From an uncultured Hyphomicrobiales bacterium (GTDB lineage Bacteria; Pseudomonadota; Alphaproteobacteria; UBA7879): a stretch of DNA of 46,500 nt. Positions within the stretch are counted from its first letter, which is position 1; each line of letters starts with the position of its first letter. The notes under the pieces were generated by a model. It made no database searches. It had not been told where the DNA came from and was given only the letters and a program-made list of their open reading frames with translations. This document shows, piece by piece, positions 28,740-36,705 of the stretch. Location of the stretch: contig CAYOCE010000004.1 in the NCBI GenBank assembly GCA_964402405.1, positions 1-46,500 of the forward strand, written 5' to 3'. The translations under genes and the position numbers were made by a program.

Positions 28740-28780
28740 AAAAAACATGCAATTTGAAAGTTTGAGTTTCAATTTGCATG
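28740..28780 (-). terminator. putative intrinsic terminator (minus strand)
   Basis: On the minus strand, CATGCAAATTGAAA-ctcaaac-TTTCAAATTGCATG (13 of 14 bp paired; plus-strand 28746-28780) is followed directly by TTTTTT (plus-strand A-run 28740-28745). The stem is AT-rich. Confidence 0.5.
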
Positions 28781-28795
28781 CTTTTGATCGTTGAA

Positions 28796-28838
28796 TTATT
28801 TCTGTAGCAACTCCATCAGCTCCCGCCATTCCCGAGGG
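28796..28838 (-). repeat. 43-bp duplicate of the thyX 3' end (last 13 codons plus stop)
   Basis: ttatttctgtagcaactccatcagctcccgccattcccgaggg matches 29751-29793 at 39 of 43 positions. The minus strand reads [13 protein letters not shown], against [13 protein letters not shown] in thyX. Confidence 0.8.
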
Positions 28839-28852
28839 AAAGAACAAGTTGA

Positions 28853-29563
28853 TTATCTTTCTTCCTCATCATCTCCACTTTCTGCATCTACATAGTCTTC
28901 TAATGCAGGCTCTTCCCTCAATTCTTCTTTTAATCTTAAATTTTCAACCTGCGCCTTTCGAAGGTCGCGCTTTAGTTGTTCCCTCTGTTTCCGAGCTTTT
29001 TCTAGCTCGTTGAATAATTGTAATTGTAGTTCTCTATTACGTGCTTCAACACGCCTTACCTCTTCCGATAATCGCTGTACTTCCACTGTTTCTTGTGGGA
29101 TATTTATATCTAGAATCGCCATTGTTGCTTGGCTAATATCTTCTTTCAACCTTCCAGCAAGCTCTCTTCCTCCATCTCTGAATTGGGTTATTGCTATCTC
29201 TACCCCATGACGAACTGATTCGCTTTGTATTCCTCTCGTTTGATCTAGCGAATGAGAAAAAACTTGCTCCTCTTCTATATGAGATTGGTATTGGCATACT
29301 GACGCGGCAATTTGTATCAGCTGTGCATGAGCATTTTCTGTTATTTCACACATCGCACCAGCTATCCTTTCAAACTCCCTTTCTGCCTCTTCTATAATTC
29401 TTCTAGCAATATCATCGTCAGTTGGCACTGGTACAGCTATCCTTCTCTCATTGAGAGCATCCTCATCTTCTGCATGGGACGCAAATATTTTTTCACTCCC
29501 TAATATAAAGATCATAATGAAAGTACTGGCTAATAGATTTAAAAATTTCTTACGTTTTAACAT
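28853..29563 (-). CDS. secreted acidic coiled-coil protein (hypothetical)
   Basis: The ATG at 29563 is preceded by AAGGAG; the track ORF begins at GTG 29587. N-terminal signal or anchor MLKRKKFLNLLASTFIMIFILG. The C-terminal heptad-like, charged region is VEVQRLSEEVRRVEARNRELQLQLFNELEKARKQREQLKRDLRKAQVENLRLKEEL, ending in an acidic tail. Confidence 0.65.
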   Translation of the reverse strand: MLKRKKFLNLLASTFIMIFILGSEKIFASHAEDEDALNERRIAVPVPTDDDIARRIIEEAEREFERIAGAMCEITENAHAQLIQIAASVCQYQSHIEEEQVFSHSLDQTRGIQSESVRHGVEIAITQFRDGGRELAGRLKEDISQATMAILDINIPQETVEVQRLSEEVRRVEARNRELQLQLFNELEKARKQREQLKRDLRKAQVENLRLKEELREEPALEDYVDAESGDDEEER

Positions 29564-29750
29564 GGATGTCTCCTTTAAAAAACTCACAGAATAGTTAATA
29601 CGTATATAAGTTTAGTTATTTATTATTTCAAGTGGAATAAATAGAATATTTTAATTTAAAAATATAATTGAAGAGAATTAAAAAATAAATAGATTGATGG
29701 GTTCTTTAGCTAAATGAGTGTAGCAAAAGTGATTGAAAGAATAATGTTTT

Positions 29751-30683
29751 TTATTTCTCCAGCAACTCCATTAACTCCCGCCATTCCCGAGGGCCAATGC
29801 CTGAGGATGCTTGATCAACGGTTTCTCCTGCAATCATACGTTTGACAACAGCCATGCCTTTTTGGGACAGCAATGTTGCATTCATGCGGTAATCCAGAAA
29901 TGCTTGATGCGTAAAGGGCACCCACTTTTTCAAAACCTCGATCATCGCGTGGGCATACACCTGAATTTCCCACTGAGCATGGGAATCCCCTCGTAGGGAA
30001 AGAAAATGCATCAAATTATGCAAATCAATTTTCCAATACCATTGGGTGTAGTAATTCAGAGATAGATTCATGCGAGCCAGTTCCCGCGCCAATCCATCCC
30101 GATTGGGATCTTTGGGATTGCCAGCATCATCTTCGTTTAACAAATCCTGATAGGTACTATAGGCACTTTCAGATTCTTGCCGCATCAAATCCAGCACCCG
30201 TTGGGCATCTGCGCCTGATAAAACCTGGCCACGCCCCTGATGATTGATGGTGGATTGGGCCGCTAAATTTTCAGGCGCAGGAATGTAAAATTCTTTATCC
30301 AAAATCGAATACCTCGCCGAATATTCATTAACACTAGCCGTACGACTACGAATCCATTGACGTGCCACAAAAATGGGGAGCTTCACATGAAACTTAATCT
30401 CACACATTTCAAAGGGGGTACTATGCCTGTGACGCATTAGATAATTGATCAAGCCCTGATCCTCGCTAACTTTTTTGGTACCCTTGCCATAGGAAACCCG
30501 CGCTGCCTGTACAATAGCCGAATCATCCCCCATGTAATCAATCACCCGGATAAATCCATGATCTAAAATAGGAATGGGATCATATAAAATTTCCTCCAGC
30601 GCCGGCACCGTTGCCCGTTTCGTTTGATGGGAGGTGGCCTTTAATTCCTGCAGTTCAGCATTATTCGTTTGCGTATATTCCAT
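29751..30683 (-). CDS. thyX: FAD-dependent thymidylate synthase ThyX
   Basis: 310 aa with the ThyX signature RHRHSTPFE and a downstream SARY motif. Confidence 0.95.
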   Translation of the reverse strand: MEYTQTNNAELQELKATSHQTKRATVPALEEILYDPIPILDHGFIRVIDYMGDDSAIVQAARVSYGKGTKKVSEDQGLINYLMRHRHSTPFEMCEIKFHVKLPIFVARQWIRSRTASVNEYSARYSILDKEFYIPAPENLAAQSTINHQGRGQVLSGADAQRVLDLMRQESESAYSTYQDLLNEDDAGNPKDPNRDGLARELARMNLSLNYYTQWYWKIDLHNLMHFLSLRGDSHAQWEIQVYAHAMIEVLKKWVPFTHQAFLDYRMNATLLSQKGMAVVKRMIAGETVDQASSGIGPREWRELMELLEK

Positions 30684-30721
30684 GTGTTTTAGTCCCTTAA
30701 AAATCTGAAGGTAGATTAGCG

Positions 30722-31288
30722 TTATTTGAGGGAGGTTGCTAGGGGAATTTTTTTAATGAGGCTATAAAAAAAATAAATCGTTAATCCTATCAAAATTGAA
30801 AATTCAAAATATATATAATTAAGCAGATCTGCGGAATGGGGATTTTCAAAATGTTCTCGGATATCCATGTATAAAGTTAGAAGAAAGGCATTGGCAATAA
30901 AGAGGATAAAAAAAGAAGAAACAGCCCCACTGATATCAGGTTTTATATTTTTTAGATTATTTTTATTTGTATAATTTTTCCAAAGAAAGAAGAGTCCAAC
31001 CAAGGCATTAAATCCACCCCAAATAGCTAATTCCCATCCCCACATCCAAGGTTTTATAACCAAAATTCCAGAAATCACAGAAAAAAAATCCAGAAGAGTA
31101 CTAGATGTCCAATCCATAGGATTACTCAAGTCAGGCCATAATAAGATAATATAGAGTACTAGAAGTTTAAAAAGACAAAATACTGGGACTAACCAACAAG
31201 AAAACTTGTAAAATCGTTTTGCAATAAACCAAAAAATGCCAAAAACTATGATTTCCAAGAGTGTCTTTAGAAGTTGGAAAAATTTCAT
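30722..31288 (-). CDS. hypothetical polytopic membrane protein
   Basis: 188 aa with about five hydrophobic helices. No family recognised. It lies 10 nt downstream of the metallopeptidase gene on the same strand. Confidence 0.55.
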   Translation of the reverse strand: MKFFQLLKTLLEIIVFGIFWFIAKRFYKFSCWLVPVFCLFKLLVLYIILLWPDLSNPMDWTSSTLLDFFSVISGILVIKPWMWGWELAIWGGFNALVGLFFLWKNYTNKNNLKNIKPDISGAVSSFFILFIANAFLLTLYMDIREHFENPHSADLLNYIYFEFSILIGLTIYFFYSLIKKIPLATSLK

Positions 31289-31297
31289 AGAACTTCC

Positions 31298-32026
31298 CTA
31301 TCCATACGCATGTAGTTTTTTACCATGTTTCTTTAACCATTTGCGATGTTTTTGAAAGTGGGGATCCAGCGACTTCACACGGCTCCAAAAGGCATGGGAA
31401 TGATTCATTTCCAGCAAATGACAGACCTCATGAATGACCACATATCGGGATATTTCAACGGGGGCAAAAATCAGGCGCCAGGAAAAGGATAGATTGCCAT
31501 CTGCGGAACAACTGCCCCATTGGCTGGTGGTGTCCTTTAGGCTAATGCGTTGGAACTGGGTCCCCAGAGATGCCACATGTTGCAGCGCTTCTCTTGTCAC
31601 AAAAGAACGAGCCTGCTCAATCATCCAGTTTTTAAAATAGGCAACCCACTTATCTTCTGGTCCTGTAATATGGATAACGCCTTTGTCTACCCAAAGGGTA
31701 CAGCGTTTGGCTGAGGTGTGTTGCAGAACATAGGATTCCCCAAACAAGACAACTTCACTGTCATTTTGAAAGGACATTATCGTTGGGATTCTGTTGATTT
31801 GATTTAGAATCCAAACTTGATGGGTTTTGATAAATTGTTGAGCCATCGTCAGAGTTGCAGAGTACGGCAGCGTCACCCGGATCTGAGGATCGCGACCCAT
31901 CACGCGTAGTTTCATTCCCTTAGCGGCCTTATGATAGGTGACAATAACAGGAAGTCCCGTTCCTGGGTCAATCCAAGGTTTTGGGGCAGCGGGTTTCTGT
32001 GAAAGAGTCTTAAAAAATCCAAACAT
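31298..32026 (-). CDS. YgjP-like (DUF45 / M48-related) zinc metallohydrolase
   Basis: 242 aa. C-terminal HEVCHLLEMNHSHAFW (HExxH...NHS..FW) is typical of the YgjP/DUF45 family. Confidence 0.8.
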   Translation of the reverse strand: MFGFFKTLSQKPAAPKPWIDPGTGLPVIVTYHKAAKGMKLRVMGRDPQIRVTLPYSATLTMAQQFIKTHQVWILNQINRIPTIMSFQNDSEVVLFGESYVLQHTSAKRCTLWVDKGVIHITGPEDKWVAYFKNWMIEQARSFVTREALQHVASLGTQFQRISLKDTTSQWGSCSADGNLSFSWRLIFAPVEISRYVVIHEVCHLLEMNHSHAFWSRVKSLDPHFQKHRKWLKKHGKKLHAYG

Positions 32027-32128
32027 AGAATGATATTATCTATATACTAGGAGTTTTGGAAGGGGTGGTTTTTTCATTGTATAAAAAGCGAAAAAAATAG
32101 AAGCTCTCGTAATTTATATCCGTTAATA

Positions 32129-32347
32129 TCAAGTATTACAGCTGGGGTTAGGAGTAGGTTGTCCAATGCTTCCCAGACATACGTTACAGCTACCCCCATG
32201 TTGACCAGCAACTTTAGAATTTGGAATTTTATTCGCATTCAAGGTCTGACAATCAGCTGAAGTAACAATAGCTTTTGCTTCCATACCGAAGATTTCTATT
32301 CCTAGCAGTATCAAAACCCATATATATTTTTTCATTTTATTTTTCAT
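32129..32347 (-). CDS. small secreted four-cysteine peptide (hypothetical)
   Basis: 72 aa. Signal peptide MKNKMKKYIWVLILLGIEIFGMEAKA. The mature ~46 aa carry C-X20-C-X2-C-X12-C. A GGGGGA lies 8 nt upstream of the ATG. The call is tentative because the ORF is short. Confidence 0.45.
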   Translation of the reverse strand: MKNKMKKYIWVLILLGIEIFGMEAKAIVTSADCQTLNANKIPNSKVAGQHGGSCNVCLGSIGQPTPNPSCNT

Positions 32348-32409
32348 TTTATTTTTCCCCCAAATTTTCTATCCATCCACCCAAGCCAAAAAAGTGATAC
32401 TTCTTTCTT

Positions 32410-33144
32410 TTACGAAGTCGTAGCTTGACTCTGATTGGAGGATGTCCCAGCAGGAGCACTAGCAGACGCACTGGTTCCTGAATTAACAGCAGCCCCAGTG
32501 GTGCCAGTGGCACCCGATACCGCGCTCTGAGAAGTATCCAATACGGCATTCTGAGAAGTCGTAGCTTGACTCTGATTGGAGGATGTCCCCGCAGGAGCAC
32601 TAGCAGACGCACTGGTTCCTGAATTAATAGCTGATGTAAATAAGTCGGCAAGACCACTTTGTATGTCACTCAGGGTTGCTTGAGTTTGATCTACAGCAGA
32701 CCCAGCCGTATTTGATGCTGTCTGTTGAAATGACGCAAGTAACTCCTGAAGCGACCACGTTAGACGACTTGTCAACCATGTGTTTAGCTGATTTGTCATA
32801 TCTGTAAACCAGATTAGGGCCAACTTGTCTATCGCCTTAAAATCGATAGACTGTCCGCTGGTTTCAATAAGCTTAGCAACATCCGCAACACATCCCGCAA
32901 CTGGATCAGCTACAGTAGTTGGATTAGATTCATAGGCATCCTTAGCAGTCTGAGATATGAATTTATTGCAACATCCCTGTACATTGTATCCTTGATATAA
33001 CCCACAGCATAGAGGAACCCCTTGCGGAGATCCTATAATAGGATTCATACAGCTTTGCACCTGTTGATCAGGATCCTCTGCTGTCACATTGATTGCAAAT
33101 GAAAGAATAAAGTAAAGTGTAAATAGTATTTTTTTATTTTTCAT
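32410..33144 (-). CDS. secreted protein with Cys-patterned N-domain and Ser/Thr/Ala/Gln-rich repeat tail (hypothetical)
   Basis: The likely start is the internal ATG at 33144 (MKNKKILFTLYFILSFAINVTA signal peptide); the track ORF extends to 33204 and would overlap recG. The mature N-terminus has C-X13-CC-X10-CC-X25-C. The C-terminus repeats NSGTSASASAPAGTSSNQSQATTS twice. Confidence 0.6.
   Translation of the reverse strand: MKNKKILFTLYFILSFAINVTAEDPDQQVQSCMNPIIGSPQGVPLCCGLYQGYNVQGCCNKFISQTAKDAYESNPTTVADPVAGCVADVAKLIETSGQSIDFKAIDKLALIWFTDMTNQLNTWLTSRLTWSLQELLASFQQTASNTAGSAVDQTQATLSDIQSGLADLFTSAINSGTSASASAPAGTSSNQSQATTSQNAVLDTSQSAVSGATGTTGAAVNSGTSASASAPAGTSSNQSQATTS
32414..32631. repeat. two 77-bp direct repeats (75/77 identical) offset by 141 bp, in frame
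   Basis: Unit gaagtcgtagcttgactctgattggaggatgtcccNgcaggagcactagcagacgcactggttcctgaattaaNagc occurs at 32414-32490 and 32555-32631. Confidence 0.9.
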
Positions 33145-33200
33145 GAAGACCACCCAATTCTTGTTTATATTATTAATTGTATTATATTTTTTACTGTATT

Positions 33201-35300
33201 TCAACCCGATTTCAAATAAACTTTAACATCTTCATGTTGAAAAAGACTTAGGAGCAATCGAAGGGCTATACCCCTCGTAGACTCTAAATAGGGATCCAAC
33301 TTTAGGATTTCTGTAGCCTCTTGATGGGCTTTTTTGATTAAGGCATGGTGCGTATAAAGATCCACCAATGAAAAATGGGGCATGCCGCTTTGACGTGTTC
33401 CAAAAAGCTCTCCACTCCCTCGGATTTTTAAATCTTCTTCAGCGATGATAAAGCCATCTTCAGTTTCTCGGATGGTTTCTAGTCTTCTTTTGGCAGCCCA
33501 ACTAAGGTTTTTATCATACAAAAATAAACAAAAGGACTGATCGGCCCCTCGCCCAGTTCGTCCCCGAAGTTGATGAAGCTGGGCAAGTCCAAAACGCTCC
33601 GCATGTTCAATGATCATCAACGTGGCATCGTGCACATCTACCCCGACTTCAATCACGGTTGTTGCCACCAGAATGTCAATATCTCCCTTGATAAAGGCCA
33701 ACATCACCGCATCTTTGTCTTGAGGAATCATTTTGCCGTGGAGCATCCCAACCTTGTCCCCAAAGCGTTTTTGTAGCTCGTGGAATCGTTCAGTGACATG
33801 TCCCAAATCCAAGGCCTCGGATTCTTCAATCAAGGGGCATACCCAGTATATTTTTTGGCCTTTAGATCGAATGCGATCAAGGGACGCATACACATCATCG
33901 ACACGATCCAAGGAAAGGGTACGACTGATAATAGGGGTGCGGTTCTTGGGTTTTTCTGTTAGGACAGAAATATCTAACTCGCCATAAAGGGTCAGCATCA
34001 GGGTCCTCGGGATGGGGGTGGCGCTCATGGCCAGCATATTTGTGTGGGTTGTTTTATTAATTAACTTTAGCCGCTGCTGCACCCCAAAGCGGTGCTGTTC
34101 ATCAATCACCACCAATCCCAGACTATGGAAGATTACAGGATCCTCAAGCAACGCATGGGTACCAACGAGGATATGAACTTTGCCATCTTTTAAATTCTCT
34201 AAAATTTCGCGGCGGTCTTTAGCCGATGTACTGCTCGTTAAACATTCAAGGCGAATATCCATGCCTGATAAATAGGTTGAGAGCGTCTTAAAATGCTGTC
34301 CTGCCAAAATTTCCGTGGGAACCAAAAGGGCGGCTTGAGTCCCAGATTCTACAGCCACCAACATGGCAAGCAGCGCCACAATGGTTTTGCCACTTCCCAC
34401 ATCCCCCAATAGCAGACGCATCATCTTTTGAGGGGAAGCTAGATCCTTGGTGATTTCCTCTAAAACATGTATTTGGGAGTCAGTTAAAGAAAAAGGTAGT
34501 TTTTCCAATAGCGGTTTAGTGAGTTTTCCAGAAGGCGTCAGCACAATCCCTGCCTCGCGATGATGGTATTGCTTGTGGAGCCCCATCATTAACTGATGGG
34601 CCAGCAATTCATCATAGGCAAGCCGTTTGCGGGCACGGGTATCCGGCAATAAATCCCCATCCTTTTTGGGATGGTGAACTGTTAATAAAGCGTCCTTAAG
34701 CGATGGCCAGTCCTTGGGATCTGCAATCCATTCAGGCAAGTCCGGCAGGCTTTTCAATGCCTCCCCAATAAGATGTCGTAATGTTTTTTGCCCCAGACCT
34801 ACGGTGGAAGGATAAATGGGATGTACGCCTGTCCACTCAGGGATATCAGAAAGAGGCCCCATATGATCGGGGTGGGTTATTTGACGAATGCCATGATATA
34901 CATCCAGGAGACCACTTACCATGCGCCATTGGTCCTTGGGGAGAGCACTTTTTAGATATTTCTCATTCCCTCTGAAAAAGATGAGCTTTAGAACCCCCTC
35001 TGCATCATAACACATGATGGAATAAGGGGCGCCTTCTTTCTGGGGGGGGGTATGAAGACCCACCATCACCTTCAGGGTCACGAGTTGATGAACGGGGGCT
35101 TTTGATATGGATTCTGCCGCCACACGATTTTGGAGTTTATGAGGAAAGTGCCAGCATAAGGAAAGAGGAGTTTTCAAGCCCAACTTTGCTAGTTTCTTCA
35201 ACGTTTCTGGCCCAACCCCCTTCATCAAACCCAAAGGTTTGAACAGATCATATAATATTTCTGGGCGCAAAAAGGGTTGGTTTTTTAAAGGTTCCATCAT
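33201..35300 (-). CDS. recG: ATP-dependent DNA helicase RecG
   Basis: Helicase motifs GDVGSGKT (I), VIDEQHRFG (II), MSATPIPRT (III), QLRGRTGRG (VI), plus the N-terminal wedge domain. The track ORF begins at GTG 35339; ATG 35300 or 35297 (MMEPLKNQPFLRP) is preferred. Confidence 0.93.
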   Translation of the reverse strand: MMEPLKNQPFLRPEILYDLFKPLGLMKGVGPETLKKLAKLGLKTPLSLCWHFPHKLQNRVAAESISKAPVHQLVTLKVMVGLHTPPQKEGAPYSIMCYDAEGVLKLIFFRGNEKYLKSALPKDQWRMVSGLLDVYHGIRQITHPDHMGPLSDIPEWTGVHPIYPSTVGLGQKTLRHLIGEALKSLPDLPEWIADPKDWPSLKDALLTVHHPKKDGDLLPDTRARKRLAYDELLAHQLMMGLHKQYHHREAGIVLTPSGKLTKPLLEKLPFSLTDSQIHVLEEITKDLASPQKMMRLLLGDVGSGKTIVALLAMLVAVESGTQAALLVPTEILAGQHFKTLSTYLSGMDIRLECLTSSTSAKDRREILENLKDGKVHILVGTHALLEDPVIFHSLGLVVIDEQHRFGVQQRLKLINKTTHTNMLAMSATPIPRTLMLTLYGELDISVLTEKPKNRTPIISRTLSLDRVDDVYASLDRIRSKGQKIYWVCPLIEESEALDLGHVTERFHELQKRFGDKVGMLHGKMIPQDKDAVMLAFIKGDIDILVATTVIEVGVDVHDATLMIIEHAERFGLAQLHQLRGRTGRGADQSFCLFLYDKNLSWAAKRRLETIRETEDGFIIAEEDLKIRGSGELFGTRQSGMPHFSLVDLYTHHALIKKAHQEATEILKLDPYLESTRGIALRLLLSLFQHEDVKVYLKSG

Positions 35301-35394
35301 AATGGTTTTGACTATAATGAATATCACAGGAAATGTCACGGGGTGACATTCGAAGGCAATCTATTATCTAGAATTCAGCAACGAATTATATACT

Positions 35395-36693
35395 TTAATG
35401 TAACTTTAAGTTTTTTGGACCTTTTATAAATACATAAATGATGCTACTGGCGAAGAATAACAGGCTGCCAATCATTACCAACTCTTGACCAGCGCCGATG
35501 ATAGCCCAAATGATATAGGCAAAGGCAATCATAGGAAGCCACAGGGATTTAAGCGAAATTGGTTTTTCCTCGTCCCTAAGAATCAGAATGCTGGATAACA
35601 CAGAAAACAAGTACGTAACCAGGGCAGAAAGGGTTGCCATAGTGATAATAAAGGTAAATTTATCAACCAGGGATGCATGGTAATTTAGGATTAACATAAG
35701 AGTGATCAGAGCACTCGAAAGAATGAGTCCAAAACTGGGAACCCCATTTTTGGTGGTCTTGGCAAATAGCTTTGGAAAGAGGCCATCTTTCGCGGCACTC
35801 ATGGGAACCTGGCCCTGCAGCATAATCCATCCATTGAGGGCCCCGAAGGCTGAAATGAAAGCACCGCCGGCAATCAGCAGCTTACCCCAAGGACCAAACA
35901 AAATCTGGGCAGCATCGGCAAAGGGCGCGCTACTGTTTTTCAGGACATCCATGGGAATCATCCCCATCATGATGGCTGAAAGGGCAATATAGAATAGGGC
36001 GACGAAGATAGTTCCAACCAAAGTTGCCTGAGGGATTGTTTTCTTGGGGTTCTTCACGTGACTTGCTGGTACTGTTGCGCTTTCAATGCCTACCAAAGCC
36101 CACATGGTAATAGTGGAAGCCCCCATGATAGCCATAAGGGGTGTTTCCCCACTGGCATTAAAAGGAACAAAGTTTTGAGGATCCACATGAAACACACCAA
36201 AACAAGCAATGGCCAATAGGGGGAGTAGTTTTAAGATCGTAGTGATCATCTGAAAGATGGCAGATTGTCTGACGCTAAAGATATTTAGAAATGTTAGCCC
36301 CCAAATTAAAACCATAGATGCTGTAAAGGATAACGTTGGGGAGGCATTAATTTCGGGGATGAAAACCGATAAATAGGCTGTAGCTGAAATGGCAATGGCA
36401 GCATTTCCCGTAAAAACATATAGCCAATAATTCCAAGCTACTTGAAAGCCCACATAATCCCCAAACCCTTGACGGGCATAGGCATAAGGGCCCCCTTCCA
36501 TGGGATTTGCAGCCGTAAGCCGACAAAAAACAAGGGCAATCATCAGGGTCCCGAGGGCTGTAAATACCCATCCGAGTAGGCTAATAGATCCATATTTCGC
36601 CAGGCTTGCGGGGAGCATAAAGACCCCTGATCCAATCATATTCCCCACAACTAATGAGAGCATCATCCAGAAGCCTAGTAATTTTTTTGCCAT
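35395..36693 (-). CDS. APC-superfamily basic amino acid/polyamine antiporter (AdiC/PotE/ArcD-like)
   Basis: 432 aa with about 12 TM helices. N-terminal VGNMIGSGVFMLPASLA and GGPYAYARQGFG blocks resemble the APA family. Confidence 0.85.
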   Translation of the reverse strand: MAKKLLGFWMMLSLVVGNMIGSGVFMLPASLAKYGSISLLGWVFTALGTLMIALVFCRLTAANPMEGGPYAYARQGFGDYVGFQVAWNYWLYVFTGNAAIAISATAYLSVFIPEINASPTLSFTASMVLIWGLTFLNIFSVRQSAIFQMITTILKLLPLLAIACFGVFHVDPQNFVPFNASGETPLMAIMGASTITMWALVGIESATVPASHVKNPKKTIPQATLVGTIFVALFYIALSAIMMGMIPMDVLKNSSAPFADAAQILFGPWGKLLIAGGAFISAFGALNGWIMLQGQVPMSAAKDGLFPKLFAKTTKNGVPSFGLILSSALITLMLILNYHASLVDKFTFIITMATLSALVTYLFSVLSSILILRDEEKPISLKSLWLPMIAFAYIIWAIIGAGQELVMIGSLLFFASSIIYVFIKGPKNLKLH

Positions 36694-36705
36694 TTTTTTT
36701 CTCCG

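Noticed and set aside
28715-28780. Three copies of the TTTCAATTTGCA motif (two direct, one inverted) as an operator for the AAA-ATPase gene.
   Set aside because: Two of the copies are already explained as the arms of the terminator-like hairpin, and the third may be coincidental in AT-rich DNA. It is mentioned here only.
32349-32669. A 106-aa Leu/Arg/Pro-rich ORF overlapping the repeat-tail gene in another frame.
   Set aside because: Its internal repeat (LIQEPVRLLVLL.GHPPIRVKLRL twice) is an artefact of the 77-bp DNA repeats. The signal-peptide-bearing frame at 32410-33144 is the more plausible gene.
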